A stretch of DNA of 64,000 bases from Collinsella sp. (GCA_018381235.1 JAGZSF010000007.1:8423-72422), one strand, 5' to 3'. Positions 38,741 to 54,029 are shown, counted from the stretch's first letter. Notes: generated by a model not told the origin, from the letters alone. Translations and numbers: made by a program.

Positions 38741-38761
38741 GCCACCCCTCCGCGTGGGGTA

Positions 38762-38790
38762 AAAACAAAGCAGGCTCGAAGGCCTGCTTT
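38762..38790 (-). terminator. rho-independent terminator between the two tRNA-Ser genes
   Basis: Minus-strand AAAGCAGGCC-ttcga-GGCCTGCTTT followed by GTTTTT. Confidence 0.5.
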
Positions 38791-38799
38791 GGAATTAAC

Positions 38800-38890
38800 T
38801 GGCGGAGAGTCAGGGATTTGAACCCTGGAGACGCTTTTGACGCCTACACGATTTCCAATCGTGCTCCTTCGGCCACTCGGACAACTCTCC
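38800..38890 (-). tRNA. tRNA-Ser (anticodon GGA)
   Basis: Reverse complement is GGAGAGTTGTCCGAGTGGCCGAAGGAGCACGATTGGAAATCGTGTAGGCGTCAAAAGCGTCTCCAGGGTTCAAATCCCTGACTCTCCGCCA. Anticodon loop TTGGAAA; long variable arm. Confidence 0.9.
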
Positions 38891-38906
38891 GTTAAATGCG
38901 AAAGTC

Positions 38907-38934
38907 AGTATACACGAGGAATCGCAAAGTGCAA
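38907..38934 (-). promoter_or_regulatory. sigma70-like promoter for tRNA-Ser(GGA) (-35 TTGCAC, 16 nt, -10 TATACT)
   Basis: Minus strand TTGCAC-tttgcgattcctcgtg-TATACT, then 16 nt to the tRNA 5' end. Confidence 0.5.
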
Positions 38935-39294
38935 ACAGAAAAGTTGGCATTTTTTAAAACGCTTGGCCGCGTTTGGCGTTGCAGCAGGGTTTGAGATGCC
39001 AAAAAACGGCTTCCGACCAGCGTAGTTGATCAACTCAATTGTTCAAAAGGGGTATTTATAAGCGATTTGGCAATGAATTTAAAAATCTTTGGGTGGTGCT
39101 GTGGGCCACTGGTATGCATTTTGCGACCACAACCATGCGCCCGTTGACCTGCGACTTGGCTCAGCTTGTCCTCACGGCACCGTATCTTGTCCACAGATCC
39201 GTCAAGCTTTTGGTCAGCATTTGGTTGGAATGCGCATGAAACACCGTGCGAGTATGGGCATATGTGGAGGTCATGAGGTTGTAGCTGCATATTC

Positions 39295-39323
39295 TTGCAG
39301 CCTAGGAGGTTGAAAGATATTAT
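39295..39323 (+). promoter_or_regulatory. sigma70-like promoter for the rpsF-ssb-rpsR-rplI operon (-35 TTGCAG, 17 nt, -10 TATTAT)
   Basis: TTGCAG-cctaggaggttgaaaga-TATTAT, about 70 nt upstream of the rpsF ATG. Confidence 0.4.
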
Positions 39324-39394
39324 TACCAAGTCTTTTCCTGCTTCAGGCGCACCTTCACGACCTGAAGCCACATTTGCCCAGAGGAGGTGACAAT

Positions 39395-39688
39395 ATGAAG
39401 GCTTATGAACTGCTGTTCTTTGTTGACCCGTCGCTCGACCCCGAGACTCGTCTCGCTGTTATGAAGCGTATCGATACCACGATCGCTGAGGGCGCTGGCA
39501 AGGTCGACTCCGTTGACGAGTGGGGCAAGCGCAAGCTCGCCTACGAGATCAACGACCTCACCGATGGTGACTACACCCTCATCAACTTCCACGCAGATCC
39601 TACCCAGATCGCCGAGCTTGATCGCGTCCTGCGCATCACCGACGCTGTGGTCCGCCACATGATCGTCCGTCGCGACGACCAGGAGTAA
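39395..39688 (+). CDS. rpsF: 30S ribosomal protein S6
   Basis: GAGGAGG before ATG at 39395. MKAYELLFFVDPSLDPETRLAVMKRIDTTIAEGAGKVDSVDEWGKRKLAYEI. Confidence 0.9.
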   Translation: MKAYELLFFVDPSLDPETRLAVMKRIDTTIAEGAGKVDSVDEWGKRKLAYEINDLTDGDYTLINFHADPTQIAELDRVLRITDAVVRHMIVRRDDQE

Positions 39689-39736
39689 GACTGTCGTTTT
39701 GGACTGGGCTTGTGCCCCAAGAGGAAGTAGTGAGTT

Positions 39737-40189
39737 ATGAGCATCAATCGAGTGAACATCACCGGTAACCTCACCCGCGATCCCGAGCTGCGCGCCACCG
39801 CCGGCGGAACCCAGGTTCTGTCCTTTGGCGTTGCCGTGAACGATCGTCGCCGCAACGCGCAGACTGGCGAGTGGGAGGACTATCCCAACTTTGTCGACTG
39901 CACCATGTTCGGCACCCGCGCCGAGGCCGTGAGCCGTTTCCTGGCAAAGGGAAACAAGGTCGCGATCGAGGGCAAGCTGCGCTACAGCTCTTGGGAGCGC
40001 GACGGCCAGCGCCGGAGCAAGCTTGAGGTCATCGTCGATGAGATCGAGTTTATGAGCTCCCGTGGTGGCCAGGGTGGCTACGATCAGGGCGGTTACGCCC
40101 CCGCAGCTCCCGCGCCCGCAGCACGTCCTGCCGCGCCGGTGGCTACGCCGCCCGCGGTCGACGTCTACGATGAGGACATCCCGTTCTAA
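39737..40189 (+). CDS. ssb: single-stranded DNA-binding protein
   Basis: OB fold (MSINRVNITGNLTRDPELR...), a Gly/Ala/Pro-rich linker, and the C-terminal acidic tip DEDIPF. Confidence 0.9.
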   Translation: MSINRVNITGNLTRDPELRATAGGTQVLSFGVAVNDRRRNAQTGEWEDYPNFVDCTMFGTRAEAVSRFLAKGNKVAIEGKLRYSSWERDGQRRSKLEVIVDEIEFMSSRGGQGGYDQGGYAPAAPAPAARPAAPVATPPAVDVYDEDIPF

Positions 40190-40261
40190 GGGTTGTTCAC
40201 CTATTTTTGAGTGAGAGGCGGCTTCGGTTCGCCGAAGTTGCCAAATGAAAGGTATTTTGAC

Positions 40262-40528
40262 ATGGCTAATGATTTTTCTGCACGTCAGCCGCGTCGTAAG
40301 TACTGCCAGTTCTGCAAGGAGAACACTGAGTTCATCGACTATAAGGACACTCAGCTTCTCCGTAAGTACATGACCGACCGTGGCAAGATCAAGCCCCGTC
40401 GCGTCACTGGCGCTTGCACGCAGCATCAGCATGACATCGCCAACGCCATCAAGCGCGCCCGCGAGATGGCTCTCCTGCCGTACACCGTCCCCGTGGTTTC
40501 CTCTCGTGGCAACCGCGACCGCGGCTAA
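40262..40528 (+). CDS. rpsR: 30S ribosomal protein S18
   Basis: [74 protein letters not shown]. Confidence 0.9.
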   Translation: MANDFSARQPRRKYCQFCKENTEFIDYKDTQLLRKYMTDRGKIKPRRVTGACTQHQHDIANAIKRAREMALLPYTVPVVSSRGNRDRG

Positions 40529-40543
40529 GAAGGGAGACGCATC

Positions 40544-41083
40544 ATGAAGGTTATTCTTCTCGATGAGATCAAGGGCAAGGGCGGCGAGGGTGACGTCGTA
40601 GAGGTCGCTCAGGGTTACGCTGAGAACTTCCTGTTCCCCAAGAAGCTCGCTGTTGCCGCCACCAAGGGCAACCTCAAGCAGCTTGACGAGCGTCGCAACA
40701 ACATCGCCAAGCGCGAGGCCGTCCGTCTGGCTACCGCTAACGAGACCAAGGCTGCCTTCGAGGGCAAGACGGTCACCGTTGACGTCAAGGTCGGCGACGA
40801 GGGCATCCTCTTTGGCTCCGTTACCGCCGCTATGGTCGCTGACGCCATCAAGGCTCAGCTCGGTATGGACATCGACCGCAAGCGCGTCGAGCTCGGTAAG
40901 CCCATCAAGGTTGCCGGTGCCCACACCGTTGCCATCTCGCTGTACCGCGAGATCAAGGCCGAGGTTGTCGTTCTCGTCGGCGTTACCGCCGAGGAGCTCG
41001 CTGCCGAGGCTGAGGTCGAGGAGGCCGCTGAGGTCGCCGAGGCCGAGACCGCCGAGGTCGAGACTGAGGCTGCTGCCGAGTAG
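40544..41083 (+). CDS. rplI: 50S ribosomal protein L9
   Basis: MKVILLDEIKGKGGEGDVVEVAQGYAENFLFPKKLA..., with a C-terminal Ala/Glu-rich extension. Confidence 0.9.
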   Translation: MKVILLDEIKGKGGEGDVVEVAQGYAENFLFPKKLAVAATKGNLKQLDERRNNIAKREAVRLATANETKAAFEGKTVTVDVKVGDEGILFGSVTAAMVADAIKAQLGMDIDRKRVELGKPIKVAGAHTVAISLYREIKAEVVVLVGVTAEELAAEAEVEEAAEVAEAETAEVETEAAAE

Positions 41084-41117
41084 CATTTGCTGCAACGCAA
41101 CAATCTTGTTCTAAGAA

Positions 41118-41154
41118 GGGCGCTCTGGGAAACCAGGGCGCCCTTTTGTTTTTT
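41118..41154 (+). terminator. rho-independent terminator after rplI
   Basis: GGGCGCTCTGG-gaaa-CCAGGGCGCCC followed by TTTTGTTTTTT. Confidence 0.6.
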
Positions 41155-41307
41155 GCGCTGAGCGAGTGTCATGGTGAATGTTGCGTCGAAGTCCTATATA
41201 CAGGACCGTTCATCCGTTTGGTTCGGTGATGATTGGCGGCGCGCGGCGCGTTTTGGGACCGTGGCTGATACTATGGATGCTCGCAAGCGATATGAATGAG
41301 GATGCTC

Positions 41308-42699
41308 ATGGCATATGACGATAGGGAGACCGGGCTGACGGTTGAGGACCGCGGCTCAAAGTTGGGTCTTCCCCAAAACCAAGATGCAGAGGCCAACGTA
41401 CTGGCCGCTATGCTGCTATCGCCCGAGGTGGTCGAAGAAGCCCAGGTCGAGCTGCAGCCCGATGACTTCTACCGGCCCATTCATAAGACCATCTATACCG
41501 CGATGGTCGATATGTACAACAGTCGCATTCCCATCGACTCCATCTCGCTGATCGATTACCTGCGAAGCATCAACAAACTCGATGCCGTGGGCGGCGAAGC
41601 GTACATTTTGGAGTTGATGGGTCAGACCCTGTCGCTCGTCAACTGGCAGCACCATGCCGCCATCGTTCGCCGTGATTCGATGCTGCGTGAGCTGATCGGC
41701 GCCACCAACGAGATCAACGCGCTGGCATATAACGCCCCCACCGACACCAAAGAGGTTGTCGAGCTGGCCGAGAGCAAGCTGCTCAAGGTTACGGCGCGCG
41801 AGGTCAAGTCGAGCTACAAGACGCTGACCGAGTTTATGGTCGAGGCCTATAACGAGGCCGAGGAAGTGTGCCAGGCCGGTGGCCAGGCTGCGGGCGTGCC
41901 CACGGGCTTCCCGTCGCTCGACCGCATGCTCATGGGCTTCCGCGAGGGCCAGCTCATCATTATCGGCGCCCGCCCTGCTGTGGGTAAGACGTCGTTCGCC
42001 CTGAATCTGGCGCTCAACGCTGCCGCTGCCGGTTATACCGTCGGCTTCTTCTCGCTGGAGATGTCGGGCAAAGAAATTGCCCAGCGTCTGATTTGCGCCT
42101 ACGCCATGATCTCGATCAGTGACTTCCGCATGGGCCGCATTAGCCCCGAGCAGTGGGCCAATATCAACGAGGCCACGCAGACCTTGTCCAAGCTCGATAT
42201 TCTGATTGACGATACGCCCGGCACCACAGTGACCGAGATTCGCGCCAAGAGTCGCCGCATGCTCCATAACAAGGAGAAGGCAATCATCATCCTGGACTAC
42301 CTGCAGCTGGTGAGTCCTCCGCCGGGACGCCGCTCCGAGAGCCGTACCGTCGAGGTTTCGGAGATGTCGCGTGGTCTGAAGATCATGGCCAAGGAGCTCA
42401 AGATTCCGCTCATCGCGCTGTCGCAGCTCTCGCGTCAGGTCGAATCCCGTACCGGCAAGCGCCCGCAGCTTTCCGACCTTCGTGAATCGGGCTCTATCGA
42501 GCAGGACGCCGATATCGTTATGTTCTTGGACCGTTCCGCCGACGAGGCCGAAGCCTCGCGCGACGATCGACCCGACGAGGGCGTTACGCGTATCGTCGTG
42601 GCCAAGAACCGTTCGGGCCCGATCGGCGACGTCGACCTGATGTTCCTGCCGGCATCCACCAAGTTCTATGAGCTTGATGGGGCACATGCCGAGGAGTAG
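41308..42699 (+). CDS. dnaB: replicative DNA helicase DnaB (no intein)
   Basis: ATG at 41308 after GAGGA. N-terminal domain LPQNQDAEANVLAAMLLSPEVV. Walker A IIIGARPAVGKTSFALNLA and Walker B IIILDYLQLV. Confidence 0.9.
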   Translation: MAYDDRETGLTVEDRGSKLGLPQNQDAEANVLAAMLLSPEVVEEAQVELQPDDFYRPIHKTIYTAMVDMYNSRIPIDSISLIDYLRSINKLDAVGGEAYILELMGQTLSLVNWQHHAAIVRRDSMLRELIGATNEINALAYNAPTDTKEVVELAESKLLKVTAREVKSSYKTLTEFMVEAYNEAEEVCQAGGQAAGVPTGFPSLDRMLMGFREGQLIIIGARPAVGKTSFALNLALNAAAAGYTVGFFSLEMSGKEIAQRLICAYAMISISDFRMGRISPEQWANINEATQTLSKLDILIDDTPGTTVTEIRAKSRRMLHNKEKAIIILDYLQLVSPPPGRRSESRTVEVSEMSRGLKIMAKELKIPLIALSQLSRQVESRTGKRPQLSDLRESGSIEQDADIVMFLDRSADEAEASRDDRPDEGVTRIVVAKNRSGPIGDVDLMFLPASTKFYELDGAHAEE

Positions 42700-42783
42700 G
42701 ACAGGCGCCCGTTGCACGGGTATACTGGGAATGTTTTGTGCTTCTGCGTGCCGGCGTGGCGCGTAGACAGTCCATGAATGTAA

Positions 42784-44079
<1,296 letters not shown>

Positions 44080-44197
44080 TCGGGACTATTTGGTTATTGC
44101 GATATACCCCTTTGCAGCCCAAGCGGGCGGCCGAGGGGTATATTTGCTTGCAAAGGGCTCGCGCGGAGCGAGCCGTTAATCCATAGAGGAGGCACCC

Positions 44198-45502
44198 TTG
44201 AAGGCGGACACTCAAACCATCGACATCCTGTTGTTGGGCAGCGGCGGCCGTGAGCATGCTTTGGCAGCTAAGCTCGCGGCATCACCGCGCGCCGGCAAGC
44301 TCTACATCGCGCCGGGCAACGGCGGCACCGCGAGCTGTGGCGAGAACGTTGTTCTCGACGACTGCGATCCTGCGGCCGTGGCGGCGTTTGCTCAGAGCCA
44401 CGGATGCGGACTCGTGGTAATTGGCCCCGAGGCTCCGCTCGTGGCGGGCGTGGCCGACGCCGTGCGCGCGGCGGGTATTCCCTGCTTTGGCCCGGGTGCC
44501 GAGGGCGCCCAGATGGAGGGCTCCAAGCTGTTCTCCAAGCAGCTCATGGAGCGTGCGGGCATTCCGACGGCAGCCTATGGTTCGTTTACCGACGAGGCTT
44601 CGGCTCTCGCCTACGTGCGCGAGCAGGGCGCCCCGCTGGTTGTCAAGGCCGACGGCCTTGCCGCGGGCAAGGGCGTTATCGTGGCGACCGAACTTGAGCA
44701 GGCCGAGGAAGCCGTACGCGAGTGCTTTGGCGGCACCTTTGGCGATGCCGGCAACACCGTGGTTATCGAGGAGATGCTGACCGGCCCCGAGTGCTCGCTG
44801 CTGGCCTTTACCGACGGCAAGACCGTGCGCCCCATGGCCACCTCGCAGGACCACAAGCGCGCGCTCGAGGGCGACAAGGGCCCCAACACCGGCGGCATGG
44901 GTGTCTACAGCCCGGTGCCCATCGTGACTGACGAGGAGCACGCCACCATGGTGAAGGTCATGGAGCAGACCGTGGCCGAGCTCGCTGCCGAGGGTATCGA
45001 CTACCGCGGCTGCCTGTACGGCGGCTTTATGCTCACGCCTGCCGGCCCCAAGGTGCTGGAGTTCAATGCCCGCTTTGGCGACCCCGAGACGCAGGTCGTG
45101 CTGCCGCGCCTTAAGAACGACCTGGTCGAGGTCATGCTGGCTTGTGCCAACTGCGAGCTCGACCAGATTGAGCTCGACTGGCGTGACGAGTGGGCCGTGG
45201 CCGTTGTCCTGACGAGCGCGGGCTATCCCGGCAGCTACGAGAAGGGCAAGGTCATCACCGGTATCGCCGATGCCGAGGCCATGGAGAACGTGACCGTGTA
45301 CCACGCGGGCACTGCCGTGGTGGACGGCCAGCTCGTGACCAACGGTGGCCGCGTGCTTGCCGTGACCGCTCTGGGCGACACGTTCGAGAACGCTCGCAAC
45401 CTTGCCTACGAGGCCTGCGAGAAGATTGATTTTGAGGGCAAGACCCTGCGTCACGACATCGGCCTGCGCGCGCTGCGCGGCCGCGACGCCTGGGATGCCT
45501 AA
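44198..45502 (+). CDS. purD: phosphoribosylamine--glycine ligase
   Basis: TTG start 5 nt after [27 protein letters not shown]-grasp; C-terminal domain. Confidence 0.9.
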   Translation: MKADTQTIDILLLGSGGREHALAAKLAASPRAGKLYIAPGNGGTASCGENVVLDDCDPAAVAAFAQSHGCGLVVIGPEAPLVAGVADAVRAAGIPCFGPGAEGAQMEGSKLFSKQLMERAGIPTAAYGSFTDEASALAYVREQGAPLVVKADGLAAGKGVIVATELEQAEEAVRECFGGTFGDAGNTVVIEEMLTGPECSLLAFTDGKTVRPMATSQDHKRALEGDKGPNTGGMGVYSPVPIVTDEEHATMVKVMEQTVAELAAEGIDYRGCLYGGFMLTPAGPKVLEFNARFGDPETQVVLPRLKNDLVEVMLACANCELDQIELDWRDEWAVAVVLTSAGYPGSYEKGKVITGIADAEAMENVTVYHAGTAVVDGQLVTNGGRVLAVTALGDTFENARNLAYEACEKIDFEGKTLRHDIGLRALRGRDAWDA

Positions 45503-45523
45503 AATCCGAGAGGAATGAGACGG

Positions 45524-46219
45524 ATGGACGAGAAGAACGAAGAGCTCGTGGACGCGCAGATCGTCGAAGAGGACAGCCGCATGTATGGGCACGCCGAGGG
45601 CGAGCCTGGTGGCGAGGTCGCTGACGAGCCGGCACTGGTGCTGGGCGACGACGACCCGCACGATGCCGAGCTGCACGAGAAGATTCTTTCGGAGGAGTGC
45701 GCCTGGAAGGGCAAGATCCTTGACGTCCACCGTCTTGAGGTTGAGCTGCCCAACGGTCACCGCAGCGCCCGCGATATCGTTCGCCATCCGGGTGCGGCGG
45801 CCGTTGTGGCACTGACCGAGAGCGGCAAGATCGTGCTGGTGCGTCAGTACCGCACCGCCATCGACCGCGTGACGGTCGAGATTCCCGCCGGCAAGCTCGA
45901 TCCAGGCGAGGACCCGCTCGATTGCGCCAAGCGCGAACTGCATGAGGAGACCGGCTTTAGGGCTGGTCGTATTCGCTTTTTGACGTCGATTGTCACGTCC
46001 TGCGGTTTTTGCGATGAGATCATCCACATCTACTTGGCCACCAAGCTCGAGTTTGATGCGCCCAACCCCGATGATGACGAGTTTGTCAACGTGGACCTGG
46101 TGCCGCTGCACGAGCTGATCGACGCCGTGCTCGACGGCAAGATCGAAGACGCCAAGACCGTCGTGGGCGCCTTGGCCTGCGATAGCATCGCACATAGGTT
46201 GGGCGGAGCCGAACTGTAA
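45524..46219 (+). CDS. NUDIX hydrolase (ADP-ribose pyrophosphatase-like)
   Basis: Nudix box GKLDPGEDPLDCAKRELHEETGF. Start ambiguous between ATG 45515 and ATG 45524. Confidence 0.8.
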   Translation: MDEKNEELVDAQIVEEDSRMYGHAEGEPGGEVADEPALVLGDDDPHDAELHEKILSEECAWKGKILDVHRLEVELPNGHRSARDIVRHPGAAAVVALTESGKIVLVRQYRTAIDRVTVEIPAGKLDPGEDPLDCAKRELHEETGFRAGRIRFLTSIVTSCGFCDEIIHIYLATKLEFDAPNPDDDEFVNVDLVPLHELIDAVLDGKIEDAKTVVGALACDSIAHRLGGAEL

Positions 46220-46301
46220 CGAGTGGGGATAGCCCTGGGGCAAGTACTACTGATTGCTTTGTCCCAGGGCCTTACGTTGCTGATATTTCTTTGAGGATCA
46301 C

Positions 46302-48074
46302 ATGCTGAAAAGGTTTTTGTCTTATTACGAGCACCAGATGGGGCTTTTTGTTGCTGATACTGTTTGCGCTCTGGTGCTTGCCGCAATTGACCTTGCGTTT
46401 CCTATTATCCTGCGCAATTTGACCGGTGGGCTGTTTACTCAGGGTCAGGCTGCCATTATGCAGGCGCTCGGCATGATCGCGGTGGGTTTGGTGCTGATGT
46501 ATGCCGTCCGCTGCGCCTGCCGCTACTTTGTGAGCTATTGGGGTCACGTGATGGGCGCGCGCATGGAGTCCAAGATGCGCGAGGACCTGTTCGACCAGTA
46601 TGAGCGCTTTAGCTTTGCGTACTTCGACCGCAACAGCTCGGGCGACATGATGAGCCGCGTGGTCAACGACCTGTTCGATATCTGCGAGGCGGCGCACCAC
46701 GTGCCCGAGTGGATTATCATCTGCGGCATCGAGATCATCGGCTCGTTTGTGATCCTCTTTACCATCGCCCCGGTGCTGGCGCTTGCTATGGCTGTGGTGA
46801 CGGCAGCGTTTGCGGTCATCATGTTTTGGCAGAACATGCGCATGCGCGAGGTCTTTAGCGACAACCGCAAAAAGATCAGCGGCATCAATGCGCAGCTGCA
46901 GGATTCGCTTGCGGGCATGCGCGTAGTCAAGAGTTTTGCCAATGAGGAGACCGAACGCTTCAAGTTCCGCGCCTCGAACGACCGCTACCTTTCTTCCAAG
47001 GAGAACATGTATCACGCCATGGGCGTCTATACCGCGACGTATGGCCTGCTCTCGGGTGTACTCTATGTGATCGTGGTGCTGCTGGGTGGCTGGCTGGTCG
47101 CCCAGGGGCAGCTGCAAGCGGTCGATATGGCGACCTTTGCACTCTATATTTCGCTGTTCTGCACGCCGCTCGAGACACTCGTCAATTCGGCCGAAACGTA
47201 TCAGAAGGCTATCGCCGGCTTTAAGCGTATGGACGAGGTGCTCTCGACCGCGCCGGATATCCAGGACAAGCCGGGCGCTACGGATCTGCAGGTGACTGCC
47301 GGCGCCGTGGAGTATCACGACGTGTGCTTTAACTACGAGGATGTTGAGCTGGGCGAGGGCGATGCCGACGAGCGTCTCGTTATCGACCATATGGACCTGT
47401 CCATCAAGCCCGGGCAGACCATCGCTTTGGTTGGCCCTTCGGGCGGTGGCAAGTCCACGACCTGTTCGCTGCTGCCGCGCTTTTATGACGTGGCTGCCGG
47501 ATCCATTAGCATCGACGGCCAGGACGTGCGTGATGTGACGCAGCAGAGCCTGCGTCGCGCCATCGGCCTGGTGCAGCAGGATGTCTATCTATTTGACGGT
47601 ACGATTGGCGAGAACATCGCCTACGGCAAGCCGGGCGCTACGGCAGAAGAGATCGCCGAGGCCGCCCGTCGCGCCAACATCGATGCCTTTATCGAGTCGC
47701 TTCCGCAGGGCTACGACACCGTGGTGGGCGAGCGCGGCAGCCGTCTTTCGGGCGGACAGAAGCAGCGCGTTGCCATCGCGCGCGTGTTTCTCAAGAACCC
47801 CAAGATCCTGATTTTGGACGAGGCGACGAGTGCTTTGGATAACGAGAGCGAGGAGGCGGTGCAGGAGTCACTCGAAGAGCTGGCACGCGGCCGCACCACG
47901 ATTATCATCGCCCACCGTCTTTCGACCATTAAGCATGCCGATGAGATTGCGACCGTTGAGCATGGTCGCGTTGTGGAGCGTGGCACGCACGAGGAGCTTC
48001 TCGCCCGTGGCGGCACCTATGCCCGTTACTATCGAATGCAGTTCGAAGGTGCGCGTGCGCACGAGCTCGACTGA
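46302..48074 (+). CDS. ABC transporter, fused permease/ATP-binding exporter (type I export family)
   Basis: Six-TM N-terminal domain; Walker A GPSGGGKST; signature LSGGQKQRVAIAR; Walker B ILILDEATSALD; H-loop IIIAHRLST. Confidence 0.9.
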   Translation: MLKRFLSYYEHQMGLFVADTVCALVLAAIDLAFPIILRNLTGGLFTQGQAAIMQALGMIAVGLVLMYAVRCACRYFVSYWGHVMGARMESKMREDLFDQYERFSFAYFDRNSSGDMMSRVVNDLFDICEAAHHVPEWIIICGIEIIGSFVILFTIAPVLALAMAVVTAAFAVIMFWQNMRMREVFSDNRKKISGINAQLQDSLAGMRVVKSFANEETERFKFRASNDRYLSSKENMYHAMGVYTATYGLLSGVLYVIVVLLGGWLVAQGQLQAVDMATFALYISLFCTPLETLVNSAETYQKAIAGFKRMDEVLSTAPDIQDKPGATDLQVTAGAVEYHDVCFNYEDVELGEGDADERLVIDHMDLSIKPGQTIALVGPSGGGKSTTCSLLPRFYDVAAGSISIDGQDVRDVTQQSLRRAIGLVQQDVYLFDGTIGENIAYGKPGATAEEIAEAARRANIDAFIESLPQGYDTVVGERGSRLSGGQKQRVAIARVFLKNPKILILDEATSALDNESEEAVQESLEELARGRTTIIIAHRLSTIKHADEIATVEHGRVVERGTHEELLARGGTYARYYRMQFEGARAHELD

Positions 48075-48093
48075 TTGATATGACAGGAAGTTT

Positions 48094-49059
48094 ATGGCTG
48101 ACAAGAACCCTTTGACTCCGGAAGAAGTGACGGAGTTATTCTCCGAAATCGATGCATCCGGCGTCTTGGATCCCACGCTCGCCAAAAAGCGTACCGAGCG
48201 CATGCGTGAGAAGGAGGCTGCGGCCAAGCGCGGTGACAAAGCGGCGCTAGCGCAGCTGCGCAGCGAGGACCGCGCGAGCCAGGCAAAACATATCGACCCG
48301 CTGTCCGAGGACGATCCTTCGGGCTCGCAGGTGAGCCATACCATTACGAAGACCGCGATGGCCGTGGTCATCGGTATTTTGGTGCTGATCGTGGGCATGC
48401 AGATTGGCTACGGCGTGATGCGTCGTCTGAACACCGCCAACCTGTCCGAGAGCGTTTCGGTCGATACCGTTTCGACGGCGCTGAAGGGCGGCCTTGAGTG
48501 GGGCAACGGCTTTACGCAGTTCCCGCTCGACTTCACCGTCGATGAAGCCGATGAACGCACGGGCACGGTCGAGGTGACGGTGTTGGACACATCGTCTGCC
48601 AACGAGCTCGAGCTGCTGTCCAACGGGCAGATCCAGGCCGCGGCGCTTGCGACCAACGCGCTGCTCAACGATAAGATCGACCGCGTGGTGTATAACGTTC
48701 ACGCCTATATCGACGAGGATAGCAACATTCAGCACGATTCCTTCTTTGGCATGTTCCCCGCGCGGGGCCACCAGAGCGCCATTTTGACGTTCGTGTGGAC
48801 CAAGAGCTCATCCAACGCCACGAGTATCGACTGGAAGATGCGCATCGTGAGTATGGATGACACCATTGCCGAGCGCATTCAGAAGCAGGTGAACTCGGTG
48901 TCGTCGTTGATTGAGGACCCGGTGGTGAGCCAGACCAAGATTGACGAGGAAAAGGCCGAACGTGACTTGGAGCATCGTCTGCATGGCCGCGAGATTTTCC
49001 GCGGTGGCAAGCCCGATCGCACGCCGTCCGAACTGCTGGAGCAGGACAAGAAAAAATAA
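48094..49059 (+). CDS. hypothetical membrane-anchored protein (single TM helix)
   Basis: 321-aa ORF with one hydrophobic segment AMAVVIGILVLIVGMQIGY and a lysine-rich tail. Follows the ABC exporter gene after a 19-nt gap. Confidence 0.5.
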   Translation: MADKNPLTPEEVTELFSEIDASGVLDPTLAKKRTERMREKEAAAKRGDKAALAQLRSEDRASQAKHIDPLSEDDPSGSQVSHTITKTAMAVVIGILVLIVGMQIGYGVMRRLNTANLSESVSVDTVSTALKGGLEWGNGFTQFPLDFTVDEADERTGTVEVTVLDTSSANELELLSNGQIQAAALATNALLNDKIDRVVYNVHAYIDEDSNIQHDSFFGMFPARGHQSAILTFVWTKSSSNATSIDWKMRIVSMDDTIAERIQKQVNSVSSLIEDPVVSQTKIDEEKAERDLEHRLHGREIFRGGKPDRTPSELLEQDKKK

Positions 49060-49067
49060 GACGCCAT

Positions 49068-49108
49068 CATCCCGCGTGAGCCACAAGCCTCGCGGGATGA
49101 TTTTTTAA
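49068..49108 (+). terminator. rho-independent terminator
   Basis: CATCATCCCGCG-tgagccacaagcct-CGCGGGATGAT followed by T6. Confidence 0.6.
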
Positions 49109-49237
49109 TCCCCGTCCCAGAAAAATCATTATGCATAGAAAGTCATAATTATCATTTCGTAAACATTTCGATGAAATTAACGCCATGAGGCATACTTGCG
49201 GTTACAATACCGCGAGGCCTAACTACACACCTTTAAG

Positions 49238-49262
49238 CCGGTCCTGTGAGACCGGGAAGGAG
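49238..49262 (+). promoter_or_regulatory. putative PyrR-binding hairpin overlapping the carA ribosome-binding site
   Basis: CCGGTCCTGTGAGACCGG resembles the PyrR binding-loop consensus (A)RUCCNGNGAG(G)Y. Its 3' arm overlaps the GGAAGGAG ribosome-binding site, which sits 5 nt before the carA ATG. Confidence 0.35.
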
Positions 49263-49266
49263 AACT

Positions 49267-50706
49267 ATGGCGAACAACCATATCGCGGGCGCTGCCGCCC
49301 GCACCTTCGCGCCCAGCGAGCTTTGCCAGCGTATGCTGGCCAAAACCAGCAAGGGCACCTGCGGTCCCTGCATCCTGTATCTTGAGGATGGGACCATTTT
49401 TTATGGACGTGCATGCGGCGCCGAGGGCACCGCGACCGGCGAAGTCTGCTTCAACACCTCGCTCGAGGGCTACTTTGAGGTCATGACCGACCCGAGTTAT
49501 GCCGGCCAAATCGTAACCATGACCTATCCGCAGATCGGCAACTACGGTATCGACGAGACCGACGTCCAGTCGGCCTTCCCCGGCGACGCCGTGCGCCCTG
49601 CGAGCGCTCCGGCTATGCGCGGCATGATCGTTCGCGACATGTGCACCACGCCTTCTAACTGGCGCTCGGCCGTCAGCGTGCCGGAGTATCTGCGCGCCCA
49701 CGGCATCGTCGCTATCGAGGGCGTCGACACCCGCGCTCTGGTACGCCACCTGCGCGACAATGGTTCCAAGATGGGCATTATCTCGACCGAGATCTTCGAC
49801 GTCGACGAGCTTGCCGAGCGTCTGGCCGCAGCGCCCACGCTGGTAGGCGAGAACCTGGTCAAGACCGTAAGTTGCCCCGCGCCTCACGAGTTTGCCGCCG
49901 TCGACCTGCCTGCCACGCATGACTTTGCGCTTTCGACTGCCGCTCCTGCCCGTCACAAAGTGGTCGCCTACGACTGCGGTGTGAAGCGCGGCATTCTGGA
50001 GGGGCTGGTCCGCGCCGGCTGCGACCTTACCGTCGTGCCGTGGGACACGCCCGCGAGTGAGGTGCTCGACATGAATCCCGACGGCGTCTTTTTGTCCAAT
50101 GGCCCCGGCGACCCCGACGCCGTGGTGGAGACCTACGAGCAGGTGCAGCAGCTGATCGGCAAGGTGCCGGTCTTTGGCATTTGCCTGGGCCATCAGATGA
50201 TCAGCCTGGCCTGCGGCGCCCAGATGGAAAAGCTTAAATTCGGTCACCGCGGTGGCAACCAGCCGGTCATGAACCTGGTAAGCCGTCGCGTGGAGATTAC
50301 CGCGCAAAACCATGGCTTTGGCCTGCTGTTCCCCAGCCTGGGCAAGCTTGTCCCCGAGCTTTCCGGCGGCGAGACCGAACATGCGGCCGACGGCGACCTG
50401 CGCGTCTGGGTGCGCCGCGGAATCGCGCCGGTCGTGATGAACGAGCGCTTTGGCCGCATTCGCCTAACACATGTGAACCTCAACGACGGCACCGCCGAGG
50501 GCATCCAGCTGCTCGACGCCCCGTGCTTCTCGGTCCAGTACCACCCCGAGGCCTCGCCTGGCCCCACCGATGCCCACTATCTCTTTACCGCCTTTACGCG
50601 ACTCATGGACGGCGAGGAGAACTACCTGGACATCGACACCGCGAAGGACCGCCTCGCCGGCTGGAATTTTGCCGAGACCGCCGCGACCGAGACCGAGGAG
50701 AACTAA
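49267..50706 (+). CDS. carA: carbamoyl-phosphate synthase small (glutamine amidotransferase) subunit
   Basis: [61 protein letters not shown]; GATase catalytic GICLGHQM; about 30-aa N-terminal extension; 480 aa. Confidence 0.9.
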   Translation: MANNHIAGAAARTFAPSELCQRMLAKTSKGTCGPCILYLEDGTIFYGRACGAEGTATGEVCFNTSLEGYFEVMTDPSYAGQIVTMTYPQIGNYGIDETDVQSAFPGDAVRPASAPAMRGMIVRDMCTTPSNWRSAVSVPEYLRAHGIVAIEGVDTRALVRHLRDNGSKMGIISTEIFDVDELAERLAAAPTLVGENLVKTVSCPAPHEFAAVDLPATHDFALSTAAPARHKVVAYDCGVKRGILEGLVRAGCDLTVVPWDTPASEVLDMNPDGVFLSNGPGDPDAVVETYEQVQQLIGKVPVFGICLGHQMISLACGAQMEKLKFGHRGGNQPVMNLVSRRVEITAQNHGFGLLFPSLGKLVPELSGGETEHAADGDLRVWVRRGIAPVVMNERFGRIRLTHVNLNDGTAEGIQLLDAPCFSVQYHPEASPGPTDAHYLFTAFTRLMDGEENYLDIDTAKDRLAGWNFAETAATETEEN

Positions 50707-50707
50707 C

Positions 50708-54022
<3,315 letters not shown>

Positions 54023-54029
54023 TTGACCT

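Noticed and set aside
39030-39371. 113-aa minus-strand ORF in the lower-GC rpsF leader region
   Set aside because: No ribosome-binding site and non-coding-like composition. The region more plausibly holds the rpsF promoter at 39295..39323.
50570-50707. Upstream extension of the carB ORF
   Set aside because: It overlaps the carA 3' end. The ATG at 50708, with a GAGGAG ribosome-binding site, gives the canonical [17 protein letters not shown] start.
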